64,000 nt of DNA from positions 34,518 through 98,517 of the forward strand of contig VGFC01000001.1 of NCBI GenBank assembly GCA_016869045.1, written 5' to 3'. Made by a program: the position numbers and the translations under genes. Origin of the DNA: Armatimonadota bacterium (GTDB taxonomy: Bacteria; Armatimonadota; Zipacnadia; Zipacnadales; VGFC01). Below the pieces are notes generated by a model that searched no databases, was not told where the DNA came from, and saw only the letters and a program-made list of their open reading frames with translations. Positions 36,108 through 45,392 of the stretch are shown in pieces; position 1 is the first letter of the stretch, and every line of letters begins with the position of its first letter.

Positions 36108-36749
36108 CTACCCTTCGCTGATCCGCGCCTGGAACTGGGCCATCTTGGCTTCGAGGCGGGATTGCTGGAGGGCGTTGGTGACGTCGCCGCGGGTGCGCTC
36201 GACGAGGCCGCGGGCGGCGTCGGTGCGGCGGCGGAGGCCGAGGCTGACGGCCTCGGGGTAATCGAAGGTCATCAGGAGGGCGTACATCTCATCCATCTCG
36301 TCGAGGACCGCCCCGGCGCGCTCGGGCTCGCCGATGCGGATCAGGTCCAGCACGTGGCGGCGCATTTCTCCGATTGCCTCCGCCAGTCCGTTGAGGTATG
36401 TCGCAGGTGAGACGCCGATCTCCTCGGGCGTCGGCAGACGCTCGCCCTGGAGGATGCGCAAGGTCTGGTGCGCCTCGGCGTACTCCTTGAGGGCGTCGGT
36501 AACGAAGCCTGCGAACCACAGCGAGGGCGACGCCTGCATGCGCTCGTTCATCTCGCGGACCGCCTCGCCCATCTCCGCCAGCAAGTTGTGCGCCTCGTCG
36601 TACTCGCTCCGGTGCGCGTGCTTGATGATCGTGGCCGCCGTGCGAATGACCTGCCGCGAGAACTCCAAAGCTCCCTCCCGGTGCGCGTCCTCGCGGTCGA
36701 GGAACTCGCGCGCGGTGGCGGCCACGGCCTCAAGCTCTGGGCGGTTCAT
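36108..36749 (-). CDS. translin-family protein (tentative)
   Basis: YLNGLAEAIGEMRRHVLD resembles the translin EYL.GL.D..GEL.R motif. All-helical ~213-aa protein. Host-like GC. Confidence 0.4.
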   Translation of the reverse strand: MNRPELEAVAATAREFLDREDAHREGALEFSRQVIRTAATIIKHAHRSEYDEAHNLLAEMGEAVREMNERMQASPSLWFAGFVTDALKEYAEAHQTLRILQGERLPTPEEIGVSPATYLNGLAEAIGEMRRHVLDLIRIGEPERAGAVLDEMDEMYALLMTFDYPEAVSLGLRRRTDAARGLVERTRGDVTNALQQSRLEAKMAQFQARISEG

Positions 36750-36764
36750 GAGGAGTCTCCTCCG

Positions 36765-37061
36765 TCACCGTTTCTTGCGCCGCTTCTTCGCGGTCCGCGG
36801 CTTCTCGAAGGTCTTGCGCTCGTCCCGGTCCGCCTTCTTGCGGCGGCGGATGAACTTGTCGATCTGGTAGGCCAGCCCATACATGGTCGCGATCCCGCCC
36901 GCGCAGCACAGGAACGCGATGAGTAGCGTCGCGACGCCGCGGACGACCTCATCCATCGAGTTCGGGAGGTGCCCGCCGATCCACAGGCCGCCCCACATCC
37001 CGCCCGCCAGCCCGATAATGACGCACGGGAACAGGAAGATCAGGAACGTATTCTGTGACAT
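36765..37061 (-). CDS. small membrane protein with poly-basic C-terminal tail
   Basis: Two TM helices, then RRRKKADRDERKTFEKPRTAKKRRKKR. Confidence 0.45.
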   Translation of the reverse strand: MSQNTFLIFLFPCVIIGLAGGMWGGLWIGGHLPNSMDEVVRGVATLLIAFLCCAGGIATMYGLAYQIDKFIRRRKKADRDERKTFEKPRTAKKRRKKR

Positions 37062-37066
37062 GACGC

Positions 37067-39022
37067 CTATCTTTCTCTCAGTGAGTTCAGCAGCCCTCCC
37101 GCCCGCAGGACCTTGGCCTCGCGGGCAGTCAGAGACAGGCGGGCGGTGAGCGCCTCGCCCGCCTCCGTCGTCACCCGCACGTCGCCTCCGCCGGGTGCGT
37201 CGATCGCGGCGTGGACGCCGCTCAGGTGCAGCTTCGTGCCTTGAGGCAACGTCTTGAGCGCCTCCGGCTCCGCGACCAGCGGCAGGATGCCGAAGTTGAT
37301 TAGGTTCGAGCGGTGGATGCGGGCGAACGACTCGGCAAGCACAGCCCGCACACCCAGGTACATGGGCACGATGGCCGCGTGCTCGCGGCTGGAGCCCTGG
37401 CCGTAGTTCGCGCCGCCTACGATGCAGCCCGCGCCTGCCGCCTGCGCCCGCGCGGGGAAGCTCGGGTCGATCCGGCCGAAGACGTGCTCGGCATAGGCGG
37501 GCACGTTCGACCTCAGAGGTAGGAGCTTGGCGCCGGCGGGCAGGATGTCGTCGGTCGTGATGTTGTCGCCGAGTGCGATCAGGACCTCGACGTCCATCTC
37601 GTCGGCCGGGGGCTCAGCCAGCGGCAGCGGCTTGATGTTCGGTCCCCGGATGATCTCAACGGCGCGGTCCCGCTTTGCGGGATGAGCCGCAGGCACGATC
37701 ATGGAGTCATCGACGCGGAATGCGTTCGGCAGGGCGATGCTCGGCGGAGTGCCCAGATCGCGGGGATCGGTGAGCTTCCCGATGAGGGCGGAGGCCACGC
37801 ACGTCTCGACACTCGCGAGATACACGCCGGCGTCGAGCGTGCCTGAGCGGCCCTCGAAGTTCCGGTTGAAGCTCCGCACTGTCACGGCACCCGAGCGCGG
37901 CGCCTGGCCGACGCCCAGGCAGGGCCCGCAAGCCGTCTCCAGGATGCGCGCGCCGGCGTCGATGAGGTCGGCGAGGCCACCGTTGCGTGTGATGGCGGCC
38001 AGGACCTGGCGCGACCCGGGCGCAACGACGAAGCTGACGCCCGGCGGGATGGTCTTGCCCCGCACCATCGCCGCCGCGGTCATCAGGTCCACATACGACG
38101 AGTTCGTGCAGCTTCCGATGGCGACCTGATCGATGTCGATGCCGGCGATCTCTCGCACCGGCACGACGCGGTCGGGCATGTGAGGCTGCGCGACGAGCGG
38201 CTCCACTTGGCCCAGATCGAGGACGATACGGTCCTCGTACTCGGCATCCTGGTCCGCCTCAAGCGCAATCCACTGTTCTTCCCGGTCCTGCGCGCGGAGC
38301 CACTCCCGGGTGCGCTCGTCACTGGGGAAGATCGACGTGGTCGCGCCGAGCTCCGCGCCCATGTTCGCGATCGTCGCCCGCTGCGGCACGGTGAGCGTCG
38401 CGACTCCCGGCCCGCCGTACTCCATCGCCCAACCCACGCCGCCGCTCACCGTCAGGCGCCGGAGCAACTCCAGGATGACGTCCTTGGCCGCCACCCACGG
38501 GGGCAACTCGCCCACCAGCTCCACGCGGCGGACCCTGGGCGCCGTCAGATACAGCGGGCTGCCCGCCATGGCTGCCGCGACATCCAGCCCGCCGACGCCA
38601 ATCGCCAGCGAGCCGACGCCGCCGGCGGTGGGTGTGTGGCTGTCTGAGCCGACGAGCGTCCTCCCGGGCCGCGCGAATCGTTCGAGGTGCACCTGGTGGC
38701 AGATGCCGTTGCCCGCGCGGCTCAGATGGATGCCGTGCTTGCGCGCCACGCCGGCCAGGTACAGGTGGTCGTCCGCGTTCTCGAAGCCGACCTGCAGCGT
38801 GTTGTGGTCGATGTAGCTGACCGACAGCTCGGTCTTCACGCGGTCCAGCCCGATGGCCTCGAACTGCAGGTAGGCCATCGTGCCCGTGGCGTCTTGCGTC
38901 AGCGTCTGATCGACCCGGATCGCGATCTCGGAACCGGGCTCGAGCGTGCCCTCGACCAGATGCTCGCGGATGATCTTCTCGACAAGCGTTCCTCTCACCG
39001 CTCTGCCTCCATCGTAGCCCAC
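37067..39022 (-). CDS. aconitase-family hydro-lyase, fused large+small (swivel) domains
   Basis: Fe-S cluster ligand blocks GSDSHT, GSCTNSS, CGPCLG, plus the C-terminal swivel-domain-type block GANYGQGSSREHAAI. Confidence 0.7.
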   Translation of the reverse strand: MGYDGGRAVRGTLVEKIIREHLVEGTLEPGSEIAIRVDQTLTQDATGTMAYLQFEAIGLDRVKTELSVSYIDHNTLQVGFENADDHLYLAGVARKHGIHLSRAGNGICHQVHLERFARPGRTLVGSDSHTPTAGGVGSLAIGVGGLDVAAAMAGSPLYLTAPRVRRVELVGELPPWVAAKDVILELLRRLTVSGGVGWAMEYGGPGVATLTVPQRATIANMGAELGATTSIFPSDERTREWLRAQDREEQWIALEADQDAEYEDRIVLDLGQVEPLVAQPHMPDRVVPVREIAGIDIDQVAIGSCTNSSYVDLMTAAAMVRGKTIPPGVSFVVAPGSRQVLAAITRNGGLADLIDAGARILETACGPCLGVGQAPRSGAVTVRSFNRNFEGRSGTLDAGVYLASVETCVASALIGKLTDPRDLGTPPSIALPNAFRVDDSMIVPAAHPAKRDRAVEIIRGPNIKPLPLAEPPADEMDVEVLIALGDNITTDDILPAGAKLLPLRSNVPAYAEHVFGRIDPSFPARAQAAGAGCIVGGANYGQGSSREHAAIVPMYLGVRAVLAESFARIHRSNLINFGILPLVAEPEALKTLPQGTKLHLSGVHAAIDAPGGGDVRVTTEAGEALTARLSLTAREAKVLRAGGLLNSLRER

Positions 39023-39104
39023 GCAGCGACGCCGCGTGTCCGCAGACCTTAGCGGGCGCGGCGGTTTCCGTCAAGGGGCACCGTTGCGGAGCCCGGCGAC
39101 TAGA

Positions 39105-42100
39105 TCAGCCGCCGGCGGCGCGGGCTGCGAGATAGCCCCAGTGGTAGCCGGTTGGCCCGAGCGACTGGTGCACAGTGTACTCACTCATCTCGGGCCAGCC
39201 AGAGACATCGACGTGGAACTCGGCGGCGGGCCACTGGTCGGCCGGGGGCGCCATCGAGGGGCCGACGATCCAAGTCCGCACCCAGTCGGGGATACGCGTG
39301 GGGTCGTGAGGGCCGTAGATCGTGATGCCGGCAGGCGCGGGGACGCCCAGGCGCAGGCTGTCGACGTGCAACGGGGCGCGGGGGTAGTCGTGGCCGAGGC
39401 CGGTGGTCATCGTCACGTTCACAGGGTTGGCGCCCGCCGAATACTGGGTGGCGGCGAGTGCGCCCGCGAGCCACTTCCCCTCGCCGGTCAGGTAGTGGAG
39501 CCGGGGGAGCAGGGGGCCGATGGCCGTCTCCGGGGTCGTGAAGTAGCCGACGAAGCCTATCATCGGGAGTTGCTGAACGCGGGGCGCGATGTTGAATGAG
39601 TTCCGGCTGCTCACAAGCAGCGCCTGCTCCCCCTGCGCGGTGAGCCAATCCAGGGCTTTGCCCTTCAGGTCTGCGTCAGCGAGCTGATCGGCGAGGCTCG
39701 CGTAGGCGAAGGTAGCATCCAACTGACGGCCGGGGTCGCCGCCGCTCAGAAGGGCTGAGGATTGCCGGAAGGCTGCGTTGTACGCCGCGTCGGAGGTCAA
39801 GCGGTAGAGCTCGACCGCTGCGAGGGCGCGCTCGGGCGAGAGGAATTCCTGGACGCTCCCCTCCACGCGGCCGCCGCGACCGCGCACTTCCTCGACCACC
39901 CTCCCACCGTTCGCCTCGGCCCAGCGCCAGGCGGCTTCGGCGCTCGCTCGGTACTCCTCGGCAAGGCCTTTGTCGTGCCGAGCCAGGACGCCGGCCGCCT
40001 TCGCGGCGGTCGCGGCATACAGGTAGCTGCTCTTGGGATCGGGGGCAAAGGCCCCGATGAGGAGGCTCTCTTGCCAGCTTGCCTCCCCCGGCCGCGGATG
40101 GGCCGTGGATTCCACGCCACCACCGACCCCACCGTCAGGCTCCTGAAGCCGCCGGTAGAAGTCGATATTCCAGAGGGCCTCGTCCAGAAGGTCGGGAGGC
40201 CGGTTGCCCGCCTCGCCTTCGGGGAGCGCGAGCTTCACTCCCGCGAAGAACTCGGGGAACATCGCGCAGAGCTCGAGCTGGAGGTAGCTGACGCGCAGGT
40301 GCACGGACCGCCGGTCCCAGTCTCCGGCGTCCATGTAGCCGCCCCATGCGTTCGGGTTCGTCGCCAGGACCGAGGCGTTCAGCGCCGGGCCCAACAGGCG
40401 GCGCAGCGCCCGGTTCACCGCGTCCGACTCGCCGTCGAGCATGGTGACGTCAAGCCGCAAGACCTTGACGCCGTCCTCGGGATGGAAGGGCCGCGGGCGG
40501 ACGTAGTCAGTGACGGGCGGCCCGAGGGCGATTCCGCTGCGATGGCACAGGAGGCCGTGTAGGGACACGCGGAAGGCGGCGAGCCACACGTCGTCCGCAA
40601 TCCTGAAGGGGTAGCTGACGCCGATCCCCGGCACGTAGACCCGGTACGCGCCGGGCCGGCGGAAGTCGTGGAAGTCGAGGTAGTAGCAGTCGGTTCCCGT
40701 GTGGTTGGCTTCGGGCTGCAGCATCTCGGCCCGATCGGCGGGCATCCCGAGCTTCACCTGGCCCGTGTATGCGGTCCGCCCGCTGTCCGCGTCGAGCAGC
40801 TCGAAGCGGTCCACGGCATAGGAGAGGCGCCCGCCCGTGCCCAGCCATGTGGAGAGGTAGGCCCGCTTGAAGGGGTCGCCGGGCCGGTACCCGATCTGGG
40901 TGACGTGGATCGCGTCGCTACGCACCCGGCGCGGCTCGTGTGTGTACTGGAGGTCCGCCTGTCGCGCGTTCAGCCCCCACAGCGAGAGCGTGTAGCGTGC
41001 CCCCTCCTGCAGCGGGCGGGCCAGCTTCAGGAATATCACGTGGCGCACGGGCGACTGCCCGTTGTCGGCGCGCTCGAGGGGCTTGCTCTTGCGGTAGACG
41101 GCCTCCGGGTTCACCGGGGCGGCATACGCGGCGTCGTCGGGCGATTGCAGGCGGTAAGCCCGCGGCTCGGCGAGCGTGTCGGCGGTTACCGGAACGCCGT
41201 GGAGCGTCGAGTCGAAGCGGACCACCGTGCCCTCGGCGACGAGGACGCCCAGCTTCTCCTTGGGCCCACCGGGGTCGGCGCTCCGCCAGACGGTGCGCGT
41301 CGAGACGAGCGCCGGCACGCCGCCGTCCCAGGCGAGTTCCCGCTGATCCCCGTCTGCCTCGCGGACCTCGTCCCCCTCGCGGGGCTCGTACGGGCGCTGG
41401 CCGCCGGGAGTCACCCAGCGCTCCTGCACGGTGAGCGCAAGGACGTCGGGGGCGACGGGGGCGACGCGTTGGACCTCCGGCCCGTCTGGCGGATGCGGCG
41501 CGCCCTCGGTCAGCATCTGCTCTCGCTTCGCCGCCTCCTGGCGCTGCCGCTCCGCCTCCTCGGCGACCTGGCGGCGCAGCTCCGCGACGGCCGCTTCCCG
41601 CTGGACGAGCAACTCAGCAGTGGGCCTCGCGAAGGCGATCTCCCGGACGTACACGTCCACCGGCTCCCCCGTCCACGCGCCCTGAAGATGGTGGCCGGTC
41701 AAGCGGCCCGGATCGAAGGCCGTGTTCGGCTCAGCAGCCGCCGTCGGGGACACCGCCCAGCCGCTCACCGGCACCAGCGATGCGAACTCCTCGGCCGACG
41801 TGCCGCTGAGGTCGTACTCGAACTGGCGCTTGTCTCCGTCCACGTCATCGAGGATCAGGCGCAGGCGCCTGGCCCGGTTCCCCGGTCCGAGCTTCACCGC
41901 AAGCGTTGGACACTGGTCGGCGAAGGCCGACAGGTCGGCCGCGTACACGTAGCCCGCGCCGCCACGCCCGTCGGCAGCCTCGATGTGCGCCACGCCGTCG
42001 GCGACCGTCGCGTGCTTGTCGAAGGACCCGTAGGCATACCCGAACGGCATCCCGAAGACGTTCAGCTTGCCCGTCTGCGCCACGTCGAGCACGCCCTCGA

Positions 42101-42584
42101 GCCGGAGGTCATCCAGCCACGCCTTCCCCCGCCCCGTGAAAGACACGCTCAGGAACGCCATGCCGACGCCCGGCGGGACGGGCACGGACGTCTCGGCCGC
42201 CTGCCACTCACCCGTGCGCGTCACGGTCAGCACGGGATAGGAACCCCCGCCTTCGCCGACAAGGGTCACGGCAACCGCGAGCACGTCCATCCCCTCGCCC
42301 CGCCGGGCCCGAACCGCGACCTTCACCTCGTGGGCGAGTAAGGCGAGGCCTCGCGATAGAGCACCCTTCGTCGGCTCGGCGCTCATGTCAAGCCGCATTG
42401 AGGCGGGGCCGGTGGCCCACACGTCGGCGTCCCGCTCGACGAGGACCTGCCCCGACTCGATCTCCGGCTTTCCCCACAACTGCATCCAGGGGGCCGGGTC
42501 GTCAGCCGAGGCCGCGGCGACAGCAAGCAGGACGGCGACCGGGACACCGATGGCGGACCGTGGGCAAGCGGCCATTGTGGCCAT
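39105..42584 (-). CDS. large secreted glycoside hydrolase, GH9-like catalytic core (tentative) with additional domains
   Basis: Signal peptide MATMAACPRSAIGVPVAVLLAVAAASA. GGYMDAGDWDRRS resembles the GH9 DAGD(Y/H) motif. 1159 aa. Confidence 0.45.
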   Translation of the reverse strand: MATMAACPRSAIGVPVAVLLAVAAASADDPAPWMQLWGKPEIESGQVLVERDADVWATGPASMRLDMSAEPTKGALSRGLALLAHEVKVAVRARRGEGMDVLAVAVTLVGEGGGSYPVLTVTRTGEWQAAETSVPVPPGVGMAFLSVSFTGRGKAWLDDLRLEGVLDVAQTGKLNVFGMPFGYAYGSFDKHATVADGVAHIEAADGRGGAGYVYAADLSAFADQCPTLAVKLGPGNRARRLRLILDDVDGDKRQFEYDLSGTSAEEFASLVPVSGWAVSPTAAAEPNTAFDPGRLTGHHLQGAWTGEPVDVYVREIAFARPTAELLVQREAAVAELRRQVAEEAERQRQEAAKREQMLTEGAPHPPDGPEVQRVAPVAPDVLALTVQERWVTPGGQRPYEPREGDEVREADGDQRELAWDGGVPALVSTRTVWRSADPGGPKEKLGVLVAEGTVVRFDSTLHGVPVTADTLAEPRAYRLQSPDDAAYAAPVNPEAVYRKSKPLERADNGQSPVRHVIFLKLARPLQEGARYTLSLWGLNARQADLQYTHEPRRVRSDAIHVTQIGYRPGDPFKRAYLSTWLGTGGRLSYAVDRFELLDADSGRTAYTGQVKLGMPADRAEMLQPEANHTGTDCYYLDFHDFRRPGAYRVYVPGIGVSYPFRIADDVWLAAFRVSLHGLLCHRSGIALGPPVTDYVRPRPFHPEDGVKVLRLDVTMLDGESDAVNRALRRLLGPALNASVLATNPNAWGGYMDAGDWDRRSVHLRVSYLQLELCAMFPEFFAGVKLALPEGEAGNRPPDLLDEALWNIDFYRRLQEPDGGVGGGVESTAHPRPGEASWQESLLIGAFAPDPKSSYLYAATAAKAAGVLARHDKGLAEEYRASAEAAWRWAEANGGRVVEEVRGRGGRVEGSVQEFLSPERALAAVELYRLTSDAAYNAAFRQSSALLSGGDPGRQLDATFAYASLADQLADADLKGKALDWLTAQGEQALLVSSRNSFNIAPRVQQLPMIGFVGYFTTPETAIGPLLPRLHYLTGEGKWLAGALAATQYSAGANPVNVTMTTGLGHDYPRAPLHVDSLRLGVPAPAGITIYGPHDPTRIPDWVRTWIVGPSMAPPADQWPAAEFHVDVSGWPEMSEYTVHQSLGPTGYHWGYLAARAAGG

Positions 42585-42795
42585 GTCGTCTGTATCTCCT
42601 CAACAGGGCGGCGCGGCCAATGCCCTCTCCAGCGTCTACGCGGCCCCGGGCCTTGGATGTTGGGGCCCGTTCGGCGGGATGGCCTCTTGCGCCTCCCGGG
42701 CCCTGAGGCGGGGCGCGGAGAGGCCTCCTCCCGGTGCGAGTGTTCCGTCGAAGAACGCACAGCCACTGAGGGGTGACGCGCGTGCCGGTCGGGCT

Positions 42796-44394
42796 CTACC
42801 CTTCACTCCGATGGGCGGCGGCCTTGCGGGTGCGCCGGCTACGGAGGAGGGCGGTCAGCCCGAGACAGAGGAGGCCGCCGGCCACGTGGACGAGCGCGGC
42901 GAAGATGGGAAGGGGGAGTGCAGCCGCGAGACGGTCCATCGCCGCCGAAGCCCACACCTTCGCCGGCGAGGGGAAGGCGGCGACGACGCCCGCCGGCATG
43001 GTGCAGGCCATCATCACTTCCGAAGCGGCCGACGGCTCGGGATGACCCCAGCTGAGCATCATCGCGGGGATGGCCCAACCGGCCATCAGCAGCGCGATCA
43101 GCACGAAGACGAAGAGCTTGCGGCCCACATCCGAGCGCGGCCAGGGAATGAGGCCGATCAGCTCGGCCAGCTTGCCGAAGCCCCACACGGCGGCGACGAT
43201 CGGCACGAACGCGAGGGTCAGCGTACCACACCAACGATCGAACAGGCCGTTCCCCCAGACCAGCAGGCCGACTTGGCTCATGGCCCAGGCGACGACGGTC
43301 AGCAGGAGCACATAGCGCAGGCCGGCCGCCATGGAGTAGCCGAAGAGGCGCTCGAGCAGCCCGTATCCCTTGCGAGGCTTGCTCCCATCCAGCGGCCCGC
43401 GCGCGCCCGCGCAGAAGAGCGGAGTCAGCACGTAGGCCAGCGCGACACCGAAGGCGGTTGTGTACATGCCGAGGAGCTCGCCCTGCGTCTCGGCCACCTG
43501 CTGCGGCGTCGGCGGGTAGATCAGCGGGCCATAGGGGTAGCCGACGCGGCGGAGGAGGTCGAGGGAGCCGACGGCGGCCAGTGCGACCAGCAGGAAGAGA
43601 ATCCCGAACCGCCAACGCGTGCCCCAGAGGCGGCGGCGGTGCTCCTCCGTGAGGAGCTGAACGCTCGCTTCGGCCAGCGTCGCCGCGGCAACGCACCACG
43701 CCAGCAGCCCGGCGGCCCACACGGGGATCGCAGCACCAAAGAGCCTCACGTCTCCACCCTCGAGCATCCGCAACAGCGTTCCGAGAGGCGTGAGCGCGGC
43801 GAGGGCCGACGGTCCCTGCGCGAACGGAGCCGTCACGACGGCCACGACGAGTGCGCCGATGATCGCCACCGGAACTGCCGCAGCGGTGTGGCGGGTGAGG
43901 GCCGAGCAGTAGAGTCCGAGCATCGCGCCCCACACGAGCGCCCCGAAGAGGAGAATGTAGGCGCAGACCAGGGCGGTCGTCGAGACGCCTCCCAGGAAGA
44001 AGAGGCCGACCGCAACCGGCAGCGAGACGCCGAGGACCGCGCAGCCGGTGAGCAGGGCGCCGGTGAACTTGCTCCACGCGATCTGGCGACTCGCCAGGGG
44101 CGTGCTCCGCAGGATGTCGATCGTCTTCTGCTCGTGCTCGGAGGACACGCCCGGAGCCGTCAGCGCCGCGCCGAGCAAGACCGCCATCACGGCCTGTATG
44201 GACATGAGAATCCAGAATGTCCGGGCACCGATCTGCCAGGTGGGGGTCTCGCCACTCCCGCCGCCGAGGCAGGCGACGACGGCGGTGACGGCGGCCACGG
44301 TGAGCAGCAGGTTCTGCAGGACCAGCGCCGCCGGGCCGCGCAGCGTCTGGCGCAGTTCCTTCGTGATCAGAGGCCGGCTGAGAATGTGTGCCAT
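42796..44394 (-). CDS. ABC-2 type transporter permease
   Basis: Polytopic membrane protein downstream of the ABC ATPase. Start MAHILSRPLITKELRQ within track ORF 42796..44463. Confidence 0.6.
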   Translation of the reverse strand: MAHILSRPLITKELRQTLRGPAALVLQNLLLTVAAVTAVVACLGGGSGETPTWQIGARTFWILMSIQAVMAVLLGAALTAPGVSSEHEQKTIDILRSTPLASRQIAWSKFTGALLTGCAVLGVSLPVAVGLFFLGGVSTTALVCAYILLFGALVWGAMLGLYCSALTRHTAAAVPVAIIGALVVAVVTAPFAQGPSALAALTPLGTLLRMLEGGDVRLFGAAIPVWAAGLLAWCVAAATLAEASVQLLTEEHRRRLWGTRWRFGILFLLVALAAVGSLDLLRRVGYPYGPLIYPPTPQQVAETQGELLGMYTTAFGVALAYVLTPLFCAGARGPLDGSKPRKGYGLLERLFGYSMAAGLRYVLLLTVVAWAMSQVGLLVWGNGLFDRWCGTLTLAFVPIVAAVWGFGKLAELIGLIPWPRSDVGRKLFVFVLIALLMAGWAIPAMMLSWGHPEPSAASEVMMACTMPAGVVAAFPSPAKVWASAAMDRLAAALPLPIFAALVHVAGGLLCLGLTALLRSRRTRKAAAHRSEG

Positions 44395-44412
44395 GGGAGC
44401 CCCCTTGCCGTT

Positions 44413-44442
44413 GTAGGGGCGGACCCACGTGTCCGCCCCTAC
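44413..44442. repeat. solo 30-bp palindrome of the MITE/TIR family (gtaggggcggacccacgtgtccgcccctac)
   Basis: Perfect palindrome identical in type to the element termini in prmC. Lies between the ABC ATPase stop and the permease start. Confidence 0.8.
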
Positions 44443-44462
44443 AACGACACGCGCCATACGCA

Positions 44463-45392
44463 CTACGCCAACTCCCCACGAGTGAGCTTCAGGTACAACT
44501 GCTCCAGATCGCTCTTCTGCTCGGTCACGCCACCGATGCGAATGCCCTGGCCCACGAGAAGGGCCAGCATGTCGGCGAAGGCGTCGTTGCTGTCGGTCAG
44601 GCGCACTTCGAGGGCGTCGTCGCGGACCGTGACCTCGCCCACCGGCTCGAAGCCCGCGAGCAGCTCCCGGGCGCGCTCAGCCTGACCGTCGAGCACCGTG
44701 ATCGTCGCAACACGCGCGGCCCCGGCCAAGGCGGCGATCTCCTCCACCGAGCCGCACGCCCGCAGCTCGCCGCGCTCCATGATGCCGACCGAGTCGCACA
44801 CATCCGCCAGCTCCGGCAGGATGTGGGACGACACGAACACCGTGGTCCCCGTCGCCCCCAGGTGGGCAATCAGCTTGCGCAGCTCGTAGCGGCCGCCCGG
44901 GTCGATTCCCGAGGCCGGCTCATCCAGCAGGAGCACCTTCGGCTCGTGAACGAGGCAGCGCGCGAAGCAGAGCCGCTGCTTCATGCCGCGGCTCAGGCCG
45001 CCGACGGCAGTGTCGGCCTTCTCGGTCAGACGCGTGAGCGCGAGGACCTCATCCGTGCGCGCGCGGAGTCGGCCGTCCGTCAGGCCATACGTCTCGCCGA
45101 AGAAGCGCACGTACTCGCGGACCAGGAGGTGATCGTAGACGCCGTAGAAGTCGGGCATGTACCCGATCAGCCGGTGCACGGCGGCCGGGTCCTCTCCAAC
45201 ATCCACGCCGTCGATCAGGCATCGTCCGCCGGCAGGCGCCAGCAGGCCTGCCAGTGCGCGGATCAGGGACGTCTTCCCGGCGCCGTTCGGCCCGACCAGC
45301 CCGAAGATCGACCCCTTCCCCACTTCCAGGCTCAGGTCGCGGACGGCGACGAGTTCGTCGTAGGTGATCGTGACGTTCTCGACCCGGATCAT
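44463..45392 (-). CDS. ABC transporter ATP-binding protein
   Basis: Walker A GPNGAGKTS, signature LSRGMKQRL, Walker B LLLDEP. Start MIRVENVTI. Confidence 0.85.
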   Translation of the reverse strand: MIRVENVTITYDELVAVRDLSLEVGKGSIFGLVGPNGAGKTSLIRALAGLLAPAGGRCLIDGVDVGEDPAAVHRLIGYMPDFYGVYDHLLVREYVRFFGETYGLTDGRLRARTDEVLALTRLTEKADTAVGGLSRGMKQRLCFARCLVHEPKVLLLDEPASGIDPGGRYELRKLIAHLGATGTTVFVSSHILPELADVCDSVGIMERGELRACGSVEEIAALAGAARVATITVLDGQAERARELLAGFEPVGEVTVRDDALEVRLTDSNDAFADMLALLVGQGIRIGGVTEQKSDLEQLYLKLTRGELA